DNA of 64,000 bases, taken from NCBI GenBank assembly GCA_951406725.2, contig OX597821.1, positions 36,766,001 to 36,830,000 of the forward strand. The letters are read 5' to 3'. The notes beneath the pieces are model-generated. The model saw only the letters and a program-made list of their open reading frames with translations, was not told the origin of the DNA and ran no database searches. The stretch is from Octopus vulgaris (Eukaryota). Made by a program: the position numbers and the translations under genes. This document shows, piece after piece, positions 38,495-51,100 of the stretch; positions within the stretch are counted from its first letter, which is position 1; every line of letters starts with the position of its first letter.

Positions 38495-39660
38495 ATCACT
38501 TTCCCTGTAAGCACTACAGCATGGGACCAGAGGTAGGACTTGATTATCTGTCCATCTTGGATTCGTAAACCCTTCTCTCCCATTTGTTTCCTCATCTTTA
38601 GTTCGGATATCAGGTTTCTCCGGCGAATTCTCTCTCTTAGTGAGTATTCCTCGCGAAAACCCATATTGGGGTCCTCCCAGGCATGCGTCTGAGCTCTGTT
38701 CAGAAAGACTGAAGCCTCCCGATCAGAAGAAAAGATTAGCCTTATTGGGCGTGGTCTAGTATCTGCGGTTGGGTTCGCTTGGAATCTTCCTAGCCGAGCG
38801 ATCTTAAGGACACTGACCTTTTCGTTCACGGAGAACAATTCTCCAACCAAAATGGAAACAAAATTAATGTCATCTTTTAGGCGGTTTATGCCTGTATCAC
38901 GGGTGGATTCAGCTTTACCGTAAATTATTGCTGATCTTGAGTGGGCAAAATGTTCTCTACTATGAGCTGTGGTATTCGATTCTTCATTGGAGGATTTCGA
39001 AAGGGTGGTTTCATAGCCATCGGACTTATGTCGGCCTGTGGGGTCGATCGGAATGGGTTTAGTGGTCATAATTTTCCCGCCTGGTTTGGAACTGCAGTGC
39101 TTCTTCTTCGGTTTGGGGGAGCGCCACTCCCCAGATGAACTCACATCGAGATCGTTCAGAATTGGTTGAGCAATGGCATTAATGGGAAGGAGAGGTGAGG
39201 GAGAATCCAAACGGATTTTATCGTGATCAGGTTTCATAGCCAAATCTGCCCCTCTGGAGTTTTGACTACGTTTCTTCTTTTGGGGAGAACAACGGTCTTC
39301 AGGTGGGTTTGAGTCTACGCTCCTCAAATTAGGTTGGGGAACCTTCGGGACCGAAAAGGCAGATGAGGAAGAATCCGCACAGGAGCGATCATGTGCAGAA
39401 ACGACCGCCGGTTCCTTCGCCTTCTTTGGCCGCTTCGATATTGTTCCCTTCGGTTTGGACGTCTCCAGGGAAGAAATCAAGGGTGACTCTGCGTCAACAG
39501 GAGACTGTTTATTCAGTAAGAGAGCAACAACAGACTTTAGGTGCTCGACCTCTTGTTTGAGCAACAGCAACTGCTCGTTGAGCTGACTATTGGTAGGACC
39601 ATCATCTTGATGAGAAGCCCTTCTTGCAGATCTCAGTTTCGATCCGTAGGTAGCTGACAT
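38491..39660 (-). CDS. LINE ORF1 nucleic-acid-binding protein (389 aa)
   Basis: N-terminal heptad segment LNEQLLLLKQEVEHLKSVV, basic NLS-like linker, C-terminal RSAIIYGKAES...RLGR...RPRPIRLIF RRM/CTD-like region; directly upstream of ORF2. Confidence 0.88.
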   Translation of the reverse strand: MSATYGSKLRSARRASHQDDGPTNSQLNEQLLLLKQEVEHLKSVVALLLNKQSPVDAESPLISSLETSKPKGTISKRPKKAKEPAVVSAHDRSCADSSSSAFSVPKVPQPNLRSVDSNPPEDRCSPQKKKRSQNSRGADLAMKPDHDKIRLDSPSPLLPINAIAQPILNDLDVSSSGEWRSPKPKKKHCSSKPGGKIMTTKPIPIDPTGRHKSDGYETTLSKSSNEESNTTAHSREHFAHSRSAIIYGKAESTRDTGINRLKDDINFVSILVGELFSVNEKVSVLKIARLGRFQANPTADTRPRPIRLIFSSDREASVFLNRAQTHAWEDPNMGFREEYSLRERIRRRNLISELKMRKQMGEKGLRIQDGQIIKSYLWSHAVVLTGKVM

Positions 39661-39720
39661 GATGGATGGTTGACTAAAAACAATCTTCTATGGGCTCTAG
39701 GACATATATATATATATATA

Positions 39721-39950
39721 TTCTTTTATTCTTTCTTTTATTTGTTTCAAGTCATTTGGCTGTGGCCATGCTGGAGCACCGCTTTTAGTCGAGCGAATCG
39801 CCCCCCTCTCCTCAGGACTTATTCTTTGTTAGCCTAGTAATTCTTTCGGTTCTTTTGCCGAACCGCTAAGTTACGGGGACGTAAACACACCAACATCGAT
39901 TGCCAAGCGATGTTGGGGGACAAAACACACATTCACAAACATATACACAC

Positions 39951-39960
<10 letters not shown>
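39721..39960 (-). mobile_element. SINE family B 3' half
   Basis: Homology to other family-B copies. Confidence 0.8.
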
Positions 39961-39991
<31 letters not shown>

Positions 39992-40143
39992 GCGTTTGCT
40001 AAATTTTCTTAAGAACATTCCTTTCTTAGTGGTAAGACTATAAGGGGGACGACTTCTAGCATAATGGATGTTTACTTAGTGGTCATCCCTCTTTTATATA
40101 TATGTGTGTGTAATATAACATGGGACAATCATTCGGTTGCCAT

Positions 40144-40204
40144 AATAAAACTCCGAGTTTCGGATGTCGAGGCGGAAACTCGCACCGGCATTTCTTCAGT
40201 TATT
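40144..40204 (-). ncRNA. type-I hammerhead motif in a ~220-bp repeat (39992-40210) ending at (TA)n
   Basis: AATAA-CTGAAGA-A-ATGCCGGTGCG AGTTTC CGCCTCGACAT-CC-GAAA-CTC G GAG-TT-TTATT. Perfect 5-bp stem I, canonical core, near-palindromic stem III. Confidence 0.7.
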
Positions 40205-41599
40205 GAGCAATCAAATTATGCTATGAAAATGACCGTTGAACAAGGGAAAAAAAACCTAAGTGGAAGAAGTAAAAAGTAAAAGAGTAAAAAATTCTCATAG
40301 CAATCGCGTATGCGCACATGTCCATACATACACATGTGCGCACGCACACCCACGTACATGTGCCTATATGAATATGCTCATCTACACTCGCTTGAAACAC
40401 ATACATGCGCACCCACACATACGCCATAAAATATGCATACCCGCACATACACGCTCACACACACACTCGAGCACAAAAAAGTTCAAATACACGACTTTAA
40501 TCTGCCCGACAGTTTCAGACAGCCGCCAAAAACAAAAGGTGAACAGTTCATCGCTGTTTCCTTCTTATAAATTTCAATCACAAAGTTTTGGCTCACTCTA
40601 AGCTGTGGTAAAAACAGCATACGCTTCAAGTTGCTGCACTCTGGGATCGAAACCGAAATTTCTAAACCACGCGATCATGCCTGCGGCCACGGTGGCTTTT
40701 GTTATTGTGTTGATGTTGCTGTTGTTTACAGTTATTTTCATTGTTGTTATTGTTGCTGATCTTGTAATTGGAGTTGTTATTGCTGTTACTGTTGCTACTG
40801 TCGCAGATATCTCTGTTGCTGCCGTGACATTGCAATTTCAGAAAAACTTTAGACAAAGTAACTATGGACGATATCACATTATGAATTATTCCAGTCTATT
40901 AGGAACGACACTGTAAACTAATACGGCTTCTTAACGATGTCACTAAGCCATTCAGTTTCACATACAGATGTTGAAAGGTCGTTGATGAACTTTGGGTTAT
41001 AGGTGTCGTTACTGCAGTTAAATACTTAACTACGTTTTTACTTATTTCATCCGACGGTCTCTTAATTAGTATTTTTTGTAATATTCTACCCAGCTTTCAA
41101 CATCGTTTTCTTTTTAAATGTTTTAAGAATACTGGGTGTAAATTACGTTGCATCACTCACATATACATACACACGAAAAAACGCACACACATATTCGTAC
41201 AAACACATATGCTAGATGTAGAGCAGCTATCACATATGATTACTTTTTACTCTTCCCGCCATGCGCTTCCACAATGACGAAGACCTACAGTAGCATCGAA
41301 AAATCTAAGGAAACCCAGAAACCAACGTCTCTTCACAGAAAGATGCAGTCGGACAGGTGACCGGGAATCACGACTGCTTCTGCCTATAGACTCCTTCTGA
41401 GGTGGAAACTATGGAAATTGATGTATTTCATTGTATTAGAAAACCCATTCCTCGACCGTCACAACGAAATTTTCACCGTCTTTTTATGGTAGCCAGAAAT
41501 TTGAGCCTTGTCTTAAGCTAGAATAAAGAGAGCAGAGAAAGTAGCAATACATTAAATTTATTAATGACAAATGTTTGTATGAAAGGGCCACTATCTAAC

Positions 41600-41919
41600 T
41601 CAGTTTTTCGCAACCATTTTTACCTAAGGACCCACTTTGATTCCTATTTTACCTGAATGAACCCCCATATCCATTCAGTGTTTAAAAAATCATATTATAT
41701 TTAAATTCTTTTACTCTTTTACTTGTGTCAGTCATGCGACTGTGGCCATGCTGGAGCACCGCCTTTAGTCGAGCAAATCGACCCCAGGACTTATTCTTTG
41801 TAAGCCTAGTACTTATTCTATCGGTCTCTTTTGCCGAACCATTAAGTTACGGAGACGTAAACACACCAGCATCGGTTGTCAAGCGATGTTGGGAGACAAA
41901 CACAGGCACACAAACATAT

Positions 41920-41950
<31 letters not shown>

Positions 41951-42264
41951 GATATATATATATATATATACATATATACGACGGGCTTCTTTCAGTTTCC
42001 GGCCACCAAATCCACTCACAAGGTTTTGATCGGCCCGAGGCTATAGTAGAAGACACTTGCCTAAGGTGCCACGCAGTGGGACTGAACCCGGAACCCGTCA
42101 GCAAGCTACTTACCACACAGCCACTCCTACACCTATAATTATGATTAAATATTATTAGGAATTGTATTAAAAAATTGCTGAAATATTTTGTGTATTGTAG
42201 AAGAATAACCAAAAATCTTAAATGGACCCCCAAGGGTCGTGTGGACTCCTACTGAGAACCACTG
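41600..42264 (-). mobile_element. hAT-like MITE carrying a full SINE B insertion (about 41706-42135, minus)
   Basis: CAG...GAGAACCACTG termini and degenerate 8-bp flanks ATCTAACT/ACCTAAAT; related to 46622-46963. Confidence 0.6.
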
Positions 42265-44296
42265 ACCTAAATGTTTGAAGTCGTTAAACTGGCAACAAGC
42301 AAAAACAAAAACACGAAACAAAACAAATAAAGATTACTAGAGACTACAAACACTACAAGTTTCATGCAGAAACATCCTTCTCTTTTGTGCATTTATATGC
42401 ACATTTAAATGCACTTCCTATGCACATGCGTATTAAACGCACACTGTTGAATGGTTGTCGACTCTTGCGTTCATTTGCATTTCGACTGGGGTTTTCTTTA
42501 TTCCATAACTAGATATACATGCGCCTTGCAAGATACATTTTAATTCTTCTAGCCGTATTATTTACCCACTGAGTGTTCTCTACAATCAATTTGTGATTAG
42601 TTGAGGTTATGATCAATATCTCTGCCAACAGAAAGACTGAATCTCGAATATAGTTGCATAACGAAAGTATGTGACTGTTTACCGCGTGGTAGATAGACAA
42701 GACGTCTGTATATGTTCGGGCACAATTTAAAATAATCTCCAAAGAAATTCAAATAAACCAAATCAAGTTACAAAAATTTCGAAGTAAATAAAAAATAAAT
42801 TTGAAGCCAAATAAAATAATCTCGAGCCAATTTAAATCAAAATCGGAGGAAATTAAATAGTTTCCTTGCTATGTGCAACAGAAGCAGTATTTGTTTAAAA
42901 TTGCAATCAGTGTATCATGCTTAAAACAGATACATCGTTGAAAGCATGATAACTGCATCTCTTACAGACGTGTTCTGTTAATAATACAGAAATATATCAG
43001 TAACAGGCGAAAAGTGTCCAGCAGTGGTGCTGGCGTTGCTTAATGTGCATTTCTATATCTTTGGACTTTCATAGCAAGGATCTACTGACAATAGCATACT
43101 ATGACAAAATCGGCCGCAACTGATATATCAAAACAGTGATTGAAAAATCACTGATTCGTAAATATTCGGCAGGCTGTATAAAAGGAATCGTTTTGTCCAA
43201 CAGAAGTAATATTAGTTTAAAATAGCAATCTCGCATCATACTTAAAGCAGGTACATCGTTGAAGTAGCTTATATACAAATGAAGTAGTTTATATAGTAAA
43301 TGTTTATGTTTTGAATTGTTTAAATTCATGCTGATTCTGTTTAAATCTAAATTCTTTCTCCATTTGACTTGGGCCTTCAATACTCCATTTAATTCAGAAA
43401 GCAACGACAGCATATTTCAAACGTATGTGTAACGTTCGCTTCACAGGCACGAGTTTTCATACTCAATCCCACAAAGAGGTGCTCTAGGCAACTGTCTTCT
43501 CTTCTAATCCCGGCCGATTAACGCCTTGTTAGTAAACTTGGTAGACGGAAACTGCACGGATGCTCATCGTGTATGTGTGTGTGTGTGTGTGTGCGCGCGC
43601 GCGTGTGTGTGTGTGTGTGTGTGTGCGTGCATGCGTGTATCACTGTTTAATCCTTTCTTCCCTGGTCGTTGGTTCTCTGGAATTTTCTCCCTACTGGTCT
43701 TTTTTGCTGCTGCCGTCGACTTGCAACAATTCAAACAGAATGTTGAGAGCATGAATCTCACTTGCCTCGGAGACTCCACGAAGATAATAGAATCAGCTCT
43801 CCCTACGACCAAACCAATATAAAAATAATATTGGTATTATTGACATTGTTGAACTAGGAAATCTTTGAGTCAGGTACTAGATAGACCTCGCTTTATTTAT
43901 TTATTTATGTTGTAAAATGTTTTGGGTATCATCATTGATGTATGTTGTGACTATAATAAATAGATAGTCTTAAGCATAGACAAGAAATCATATTCTAAGA
44001 GTCGGTGGTATATAGATAGATGGAACAGAAGTTGTCTGGGGAAGAGTTGATGTCGCTAACTTGGTGAGATAAATCTATGTTAGTGTAGGTTGTTTAGGAA
44101 GTAAAGAGAGCTTTATTGTAATACTATGTTATTTTTTGTTTTCTGTACTATTGCAAGCTACGATTTGATGCGTGTAATGAAGTCTCCTTCAGTTATGAGT
44201 CTAAGATGGTGTAGTTTGGGTGTGTGACATGGTGGGATTGTTGGTTAGTTCGGTTGAACTACCGTTAAGCTTATTATCATTATTACAGTGTGCAAG

Positions 44297-45080
44297 ACGG
44301 TGAGTTGGCAGAATCGTTAGCACGCTGGGCGAAATGCTTAGCGGTATTTTGTCTGCCGCTACGTTCTGAGTTCAAATTCCGCCGCGGTCGACTTTGCCTT
44401 TCATCTTTTCATGGTTCGATTAAATAAATACCAGTTACGCACTGGGGTCGATGTAATCGACTTAATTCGTTTGTCTGTCTTTGTTTGTCCTTTCTGTGTT
44501 TAGCCCCTTGTGGGTAGTAAAAAAATAGAAATAGGTATTTCGTCTGTCTTACGTTCTGAGTTCAAATTCCACCGAGGTTGACTTTGCCTTCCATTCTTTC
44601 GGGGTTGAGTACCACTTGTGTACTAGGGTCGATTTATTCGACTGCCTCTCCCTCTCCCCAAAAAATTTCGAGTCTTGTGCCTAGAATAGAACAGAATCGT
44701 TAGCACGCCGAGCAAAATGCATGGCGACATTTCGTCTGTCCTTACGTCCTGAGTTCAAATTCCGTCGACTTTGCTTTTCATCCCTTCGGGAGTCGATGAA
44801 ATAGGTACCAGTTGAACACTGCAATCAACTTAACCTCCGCCTTCCGAAATTGCTGGCTTTGTGCCAAGATCTGAAGCCATTATTATCACTGGGAGTTGGC
44901 AGAGTCTTTAGTACACAAAGCAAAATTCTAAACTGCATTTCGTCTGTCTTCATGCTTTGAGTTCAAATTCTGCCAAGGTCGATTTCGCCTTTCATCCTTT
45001 TGGGGTCGATGAAATAGACGCCAGGTGAACAATGGGGTCGATGTATTCGACTAGTCTCCTCCTCCAAAAAATTTCAGGTT
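44297..45080 (+). mobile_element. cluster of tandem or partial SINE family A units
   Basis: Four GAGTTCAAATT B-box bodies; the same GAAATAGGTATTTCGTCTG junction occurs at ~44530. Confidence 0.8.
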
Positions 45081-45099
45081 TGTTGAGGGGGGTTAGGTT

Positions 45100-45460
45100 G
45101 CTATACCCCCATTAAATGATATTTTCGAGATTTCCTTTGATTGAAAAGTGTGTATCTAATGTGAAATGATTATATTGTACGTGAATGACGCATGTAGGCG
45201 GAAGTTAATATGGATAGCTCGCAAATTGTTAATGTACAGAAGGAGGAGTTTGCAAAGCATAAAAGAGCTTCGGAGAGCATCAGGGTATGAGTTGGGAAGC
45301 ACTCCATATTCCATAGCAATGCTCACTTCGGTGGAGTGGTCTGGCAGGAAACTTCTCATCCTATAAAGATGAGTGACAGATGGAGTCTATATGATGGCAA
45401 CTAAACCAGGAAGTTTTCATAGAAAACACAATCGAAAGCTTTGCTGATGTCACGGGCAAC
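45100..45460 (-). pseudogene. decayed LINE RT fragment
   Basis: DISKAFDCV and LLLLYINNL RT motif remnants. Confidence 0.55.
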
Positions 45461-46621
45461 AACTACCTTAGGTGACGCTGTTAGACATTGAGGTAAAGGC
45501 CTCATGTACATTTAGCTCTACCGGAAAGGTACTAGTGATTACTGGTTAGGGAAATATTTAAGGCGGCGTGCTGGTAGAATCGTTACCACGCCGGGCAAAA
45601 TGCTTAGCAGCATTTCGTCCGTCTTTACTTTCTAAGTTCGAATTCCACAGAGGTCCACTTTGCCTGTCACCCTTTCAATGTCGATTAATTAATTCCAGTT
45701 GAGCACTGGGGGGGGGGTCGATGTAATCGACTTAATCACCTCTCCCGAAAATGCTGACCTTGTGCTAACATTTGAGTTGAGTTGAGGAAGATTCATCGTT
45801 TATTTCTAACAGATTCAGATCCTACACTGAATTTCTCTAACTGGTCCCTTGTTTTTTTTTTTTATTTTGCTTTCTTTTTGTTATTTATAGGTTTATTGTC
45901 ATTATTTTTCGCTATTAATATTATATTGCTACTATAATACCATTATTATTTTATTATTTATTTTAATATTGCTATCGCTCCTGATTTCTGCGGTGGTTAT
46001 TATTTTTATATTATTGATGCCATTGTTCTCGTTGTTATTGTTGTTGTTGCTGTCATGGATATTGTCATTGTTCTTATTCCTGTTTTAACTGCAGTTATTA
46101 CTGAATTCATTGTTAATTTCTCTTTATTTTGACGTTTTTTGTTGCTTCTTATAACATTGCATTTTCATTGCTGCAAACGTTGCATTATGCCATGTAACCT
46201 TTATTAACAACTTCTATTGGTATAGCCACTGTTATATTTGCTTAGATAGATTGTGTTGATATTGATGTTGTTGCCGTTGTTATCGTCACCGCTGTTGTTA
46301 TTGTTATTGTTATTGTTATTGTCGGCGGCGTCGTCCTCGTCGTTATGGTCGTTATTACTTAACGTTCATTGAAACCACGCTTAGATTAATTCTGTTTTTC
46401 ATTGAAAGCGATTATCGACGCCGACAATTTGAAATCGTTAACAGACACTTACATGCCAGTATGTAAGGGATCTCAATAGCCCTCAGACTCTTAATTCATT
46501 TTGTCTCGCCATGTCAGACCCATTCGAATTTACATTTTTGTAAATATTGACTTTTTTTAATCTTTACCTCTAATTGAAAACGACCATGTCGTGGCAGAAA
46601 TGATATAGCGATGGATTAAAT

Positions 46622-46963
46622 CAGGGTTTCTTAACCGGGATCTATAAGGCCCCTTAAGGTCTATATAATATTTGAGAGGGGGTGTCTACGCAACCAAATA
46701 GTAATTTGGAGATCCACAATAGTATTTTAGAGACCCTGAAAAAGGTTTGCTTTAGATGTATGTAGTGGTTTGTATTGCAAGAAACAGCTAGGTTTCTTTC
46801 TCTAACATTTTACATAGATCAACCTGCACAAGTTAATGTATGAAAAACAAAGTGGGTATTTTGAAACTAGTTTTTAAACATTGAATGGCTATGAGGGTCC
46901 ATCCGAATAAAATAGTTATCAAAGGGGCCCATAGCTAAAAAAAAAAAATGGTTAAGAACCGCT
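46622..46963 (+). mobile_element. hAT-like MITE
   Basis: TIRs CAGGGTTTCTTAACC / GGTTAAGAACCGCTG. Confidence 0.7.
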
Positions 46964-47520
46964 GGGTTCCAGGACTTTCAAACAGACTTACAAGTTCTGA
47001 GTTCAATCCAGCCTGGATTGATTTTGCATTCCATTCTTCCGAGCGGATGGGTGGTGATAACATAAGTACAAGTAGATCTTCATAAATCATTTACAACCAC
47101 CGGAATTTTTCTCAGATTCTCTACACTGATGTAATGCTGCATTCTGAAGATGAAATTCACATTTCTTTTTTTTTTTTTGTTTTTTTGTTTTCAGACATTA
47201 ATAATTCTGCTATAGGCACAAGGCCTGGAAATTTGGTGGAGGGGACTAATTGATTACTTTGATCCCAGTGCTTATTTTATCGACTTCGAAAAGATGAATT
47301 GCAAAGTCGACATCGGCAGAATTTGAACTCAGAACATAAAGAAATGCCGTTAAGCATTTTGTCGAGCGTGCTGACGATTCTGCCAATTTGCCGCCCTTTT
47401 CTAAACAGTAATAATAAAATGTGTTACAAACATTTAAAGTCATGTAATTTTAACCCATGGCTTCCGATTGACTAAAATGACTTAAGTTTAAAGCTTTGTA
47501 AAATTTTCATTAATAATCAT

Positions 47521-47880
47521 AGGCGTAGGAGTGGCTGTGTGGTAAGTAGCTTGCTAACAAGCCACATGGTTCTGGGTTCAGTCCCACTGCGTGGCAACTT
47601 GGGCAAGTGTCTTCTACTATAGCTTCGGGCCGACCAATGTATGTGTATGTATATGTTTGTGTGTCTGTGTTTATCCCCCCAACATCGATTGACAACCGAT
47701 GCTGGTGTGTTTACGTCCCTGTAACTTAGCGGTTCGGCAAAAGAGACCGATAGAATAAGTACTAGGCTTACAAAGAATAAGTCCTGGGGTCGATTTGCTC
47801 GACTAAAAAAAAGGCGGTGCTCCAGCATGGCCACAGTCACATGACTGAAACAAGTAAAAGAGTAAAAGGGTAAAGAGTAA
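47521..47880 (+). mobile_element. SINE family B (nearby copies at about 48194-48500, 48936-49345 and 52095-52252)
   Basis: Head GGCGTAGGAGTGGCTGTGTGGTAAG, B-box GGTTCAGTCCC, (GTAAAAGA)n tail. Confidence 0.85.
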
Positions 47881-48729
47881 TTTCTCAAGAAAATGAATGT
47901 GGTTTCTTCATCAGCATACAAAATACATCAATGTAGTAAGCTTGAGAAAAGCTCCCAGCGAGTGCGCTATGTCACATTAATCGATTCTGTCCTCTTCTAA
48001 ATAGCCGAGATTTGTGTCAATGCTAAAAATCAATTTAAAGTCGGAGAAGCTATGAAGTCTCGAACTAACATGCCAGCCGTTTTCTGGAAATAATCTTTAC
48101 TTATGTCCAGTCTGTGAACTTGTTTATAAATTGTTGACTGAATTCAAGCTGGATAGACATGGAAATCAGAGCTAAAAGAAAAAAAAATTAACATAGGCAC
48201 AGGAGTGGCTGTGTGGTAAGTAGCTTGCTTACGAACCACATGGTCTGGGTTCAGTCCCACTGCGTGGCACCTTGGGCAAGTGTCTTCTACTATAGCCTCG
48301 GGCCGGCCAAAGCGTTGTGAGTGGATTTGGTGGACGGAAACTGAAAGAAGCCCGTCGTATATATGTATATTTATATTTGTGTGTGTGTATATATGTTTGT
48401 ATGTCTGTGTTTGTCCCCCCACCACCGCCAGCATCGCTTGACAACCGATGCTGGTGGGTTTACGTGCCCATAACTTAGCGGTTCGGCAAAAGAGACCGAT
48501 ATATATATATACACACACACAGACACACCTAAATACACAAAGTGAAAGAAATAGAGAAAGGGAGACAGACAGAGACAGAGTTTGCTGTTCTGTTGTAGGT
48601 AGGATAAACAATGTACGCCATCCAGTGCAATAATTATATATATATATAGTTTTTTTTTTATGCTAGACCACTGGTGTGAAATCGATGTTAATTAAATTAA
48701 TATCTAATTTCTCACCCTTATTTTAAAAT

Positions 48730-48817
<88 letters not shown>

Positions 48818-48822
48818 GAGCG

Positions 48823-48905
<83 letters not shown>

Positions 48906-49091
48906 CATATATATTTATGTGTATACAATATATATGTGTGGCTGTGTGATAAACTTGCTTCCCAACCACAAGGTTCCGGGTCCAGTCCCACTGCATGGCA
49001 CCTTGGGCAAGTGTATTCTACTATATATAGCCTCGAGCCGACCAAAGCCTTGTGGGAGGATTTGGTTAATGGGAACTGAAAGAAGCCCGTC

Positions 49092-49148
<57 letters not shown>

Positions 49149-49369
49149 CATGTGTGCGTGTGTACGTGCATGCGTGTGCGTGTGTGTGTCTTTGTGACTG
49201 TGCTTTCCCCCACAACCGGTGTTAGTGTGTTTACGTTCCTGCAACTTAGCGGTTCGACCAGAGTGATCGATAGAATAAGTACCAGGCTTTGAAAAAGTAC
49301 TGAGGTCGATTCATTTGATTAAAAATTCTTCAAGGAAGTGCCGTAGTCCAATGAGTATATATATGTATA

Positions 49370-49805
49370 TACAGGAGTTACGGAATGGAGTAGGAAAAAT
49401 CCGAGCTACGTATGTTTCATAGCGAGTGGAACCTCAGAAGTGGTAAAATCCAAGTGAGGTGTATACCACCGGCTACACTTCAGGTTAAGGATATCTTGAT
49501 TAGATTAAAGGTCACCTCACTTGGATTTTTACCACTTGTGAGATTCTACTCGCTATGAAACATATGTTGCCCGGATTTTTCCTACTCCATTCCGTAACTC
49601 CTGTATTCTTTTTCGAACACTCAGTAATCCCGGTCGCATACGGTGGAATATAAAAAGAACTTTTTTTCTACTCATCGTTCTTCGATAAAGAAAAATAATC
49701 CGCAATATTCCGTCTCAATAGACCACTATTGTTCCCTCAAAGTTGTTTATTTATATTTACTACGGATTGCACGAAGCTTTCTTCCTACACTTCGATCCCT
49801 GGATC
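49370..49805. mobile_element. fold-back insertion (92-bp inverted arms) with long-stem-II hammerhead-like motif
   Basis: Arms 49370-49461 and 49513-49604. Minus strand CTGAAGT-GTAGCCGGTGG...CCACTCGCTAT-GAAA-CATAC-GTA. Confidence 0.6.
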
Positions 49806-49810
49806 TTACA

Positions 49811-50999
49811 TTTGGACAAAATAATGGAAACACCAAGCATCATAGCATCATAATTTTGAAATATCAATCAAACCATCAAAAGCTTCTTTATTGTTTTTTG
49901 ATTTATTATTAGTGTTGCTTAATGTTTTGCTAAAATTACTGTTTCTTTTCAGATATCATCAGAAAGAAGGTAATTAAAATTCATTAAAATGACAGATCTA
50001 TCGGACTTTCAAAAAGGTCAAATTGTTGGAGCTCCTATGGCAGGCGCTAGCGTAACGAAAACAGCCGAAATGTTTGGTGCATCAAGAAGTACTGTCTCGA
50101 AAGTAATGACAGCCTTTGAGAAAGAGGGAAAAACCTCCTCGTCGAAACAAAACTCCAGAAGAAAACCAAAACTTTCAGATAGGGATCGTTGGACTCTTAC
50201 GCGAATTGTTAGAAAGGATCACAAACGTACAGCTCCCAAAATTACTGCAGAGCTTAATGACCACCTTGAGAACCCAGTTTCTACAAAAAACTGTTCGCCG
50301 GGAGTTGTACAAAGCCGGATTTCACGGGAGGGCTGCGAGCAGAAAACCACTACTTTCAAAATCAAACGTTGCAAGGCATTTAGATTGGAGTAAAAACCTA
50401 CTGAATTGGTCCCTAGAGCAATGGAAGAATGTTATTTTCTCGGACGAGTCATCCTTTACCTTATTTCCGACCACCGGCCGAGTATATGTGTGGAGACAGC
50501 CAAAAGAAGCATTTGACCCAACTTCTTCCAACTTTTAAACATTGAGGAGGATCTTCATGGAAGAATTAATAGTCAAGTCTATTTAAGCATTTTATCTTAT
50601 CAAATTCATCCTATGGCTGCAGAACTGTTTCTGGAGGGAAATGCAATCTTTCAGGATGATAATGCACCAATTCACAGTTAAAGATGCTCCTGAATGGCAC
50701 GAGAAACATTCTAGTAAAGCTGAACATCTTATCTGGCCACACAGTCCCCAAATATCAACATTAGTGAACATTCATGGTGCAGGTAAGGGGTCGATATCAT
50801 CTACCATCATCACCACAAGAACTGGAGACTGTTTTAGGTGAAGACTGAACAAAAATTCCTTTGGAAACAATTCAAACTTCGTACGAGTCCATACCTCGTA
50901 GAATTCAAGGTGTAATTACTGCCAAAGTAATTACTACCCCATGTTAAAATAAATTTGTTTGAAATTTTAAAGTGTTTCTATTATTTTACCCAAACCGTG
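49811..50999 (+). mobile_element. Tc1-family transposon, transposase pseudogene starting at 49989
   Basis: MTDLSDFQKGQIVG HTH start, WKNVIFSDESSF, IFQDDNAPIH, IWP motifs; TIR match TTTGGACAAAATAATGGAAACAC / GTGTTTCTATTATTTTACCCAAA; frameshifts. Confidence 0.9.
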
Positions 51000-51017
51000 T
51001 ATATATATATATATTTA

Positions 51018-51091
<74 letters not shown>

Positions 51092-51100
51092 TATATATAT

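Larger units (their letters stand above)
35530..39702 (-). mobile_element. apparently intact two-ORF LINE of the CR1 group
   Basis: ORF1 plus APE-RT ORF2, ~40-nt 5' leader, ~70-nt 3' UTR with stem-loop, (TAAC)3 tail, short TA runs on both flanks. Confidence 0.93.

Noticed and set aside
38491-38496. ATGA-type stop-start overlap giving ORF2 an AUG
   Set aside because: The ATG in ATGTGA is the last ORF1 codon; the ORF2-frame codon there is GTG.
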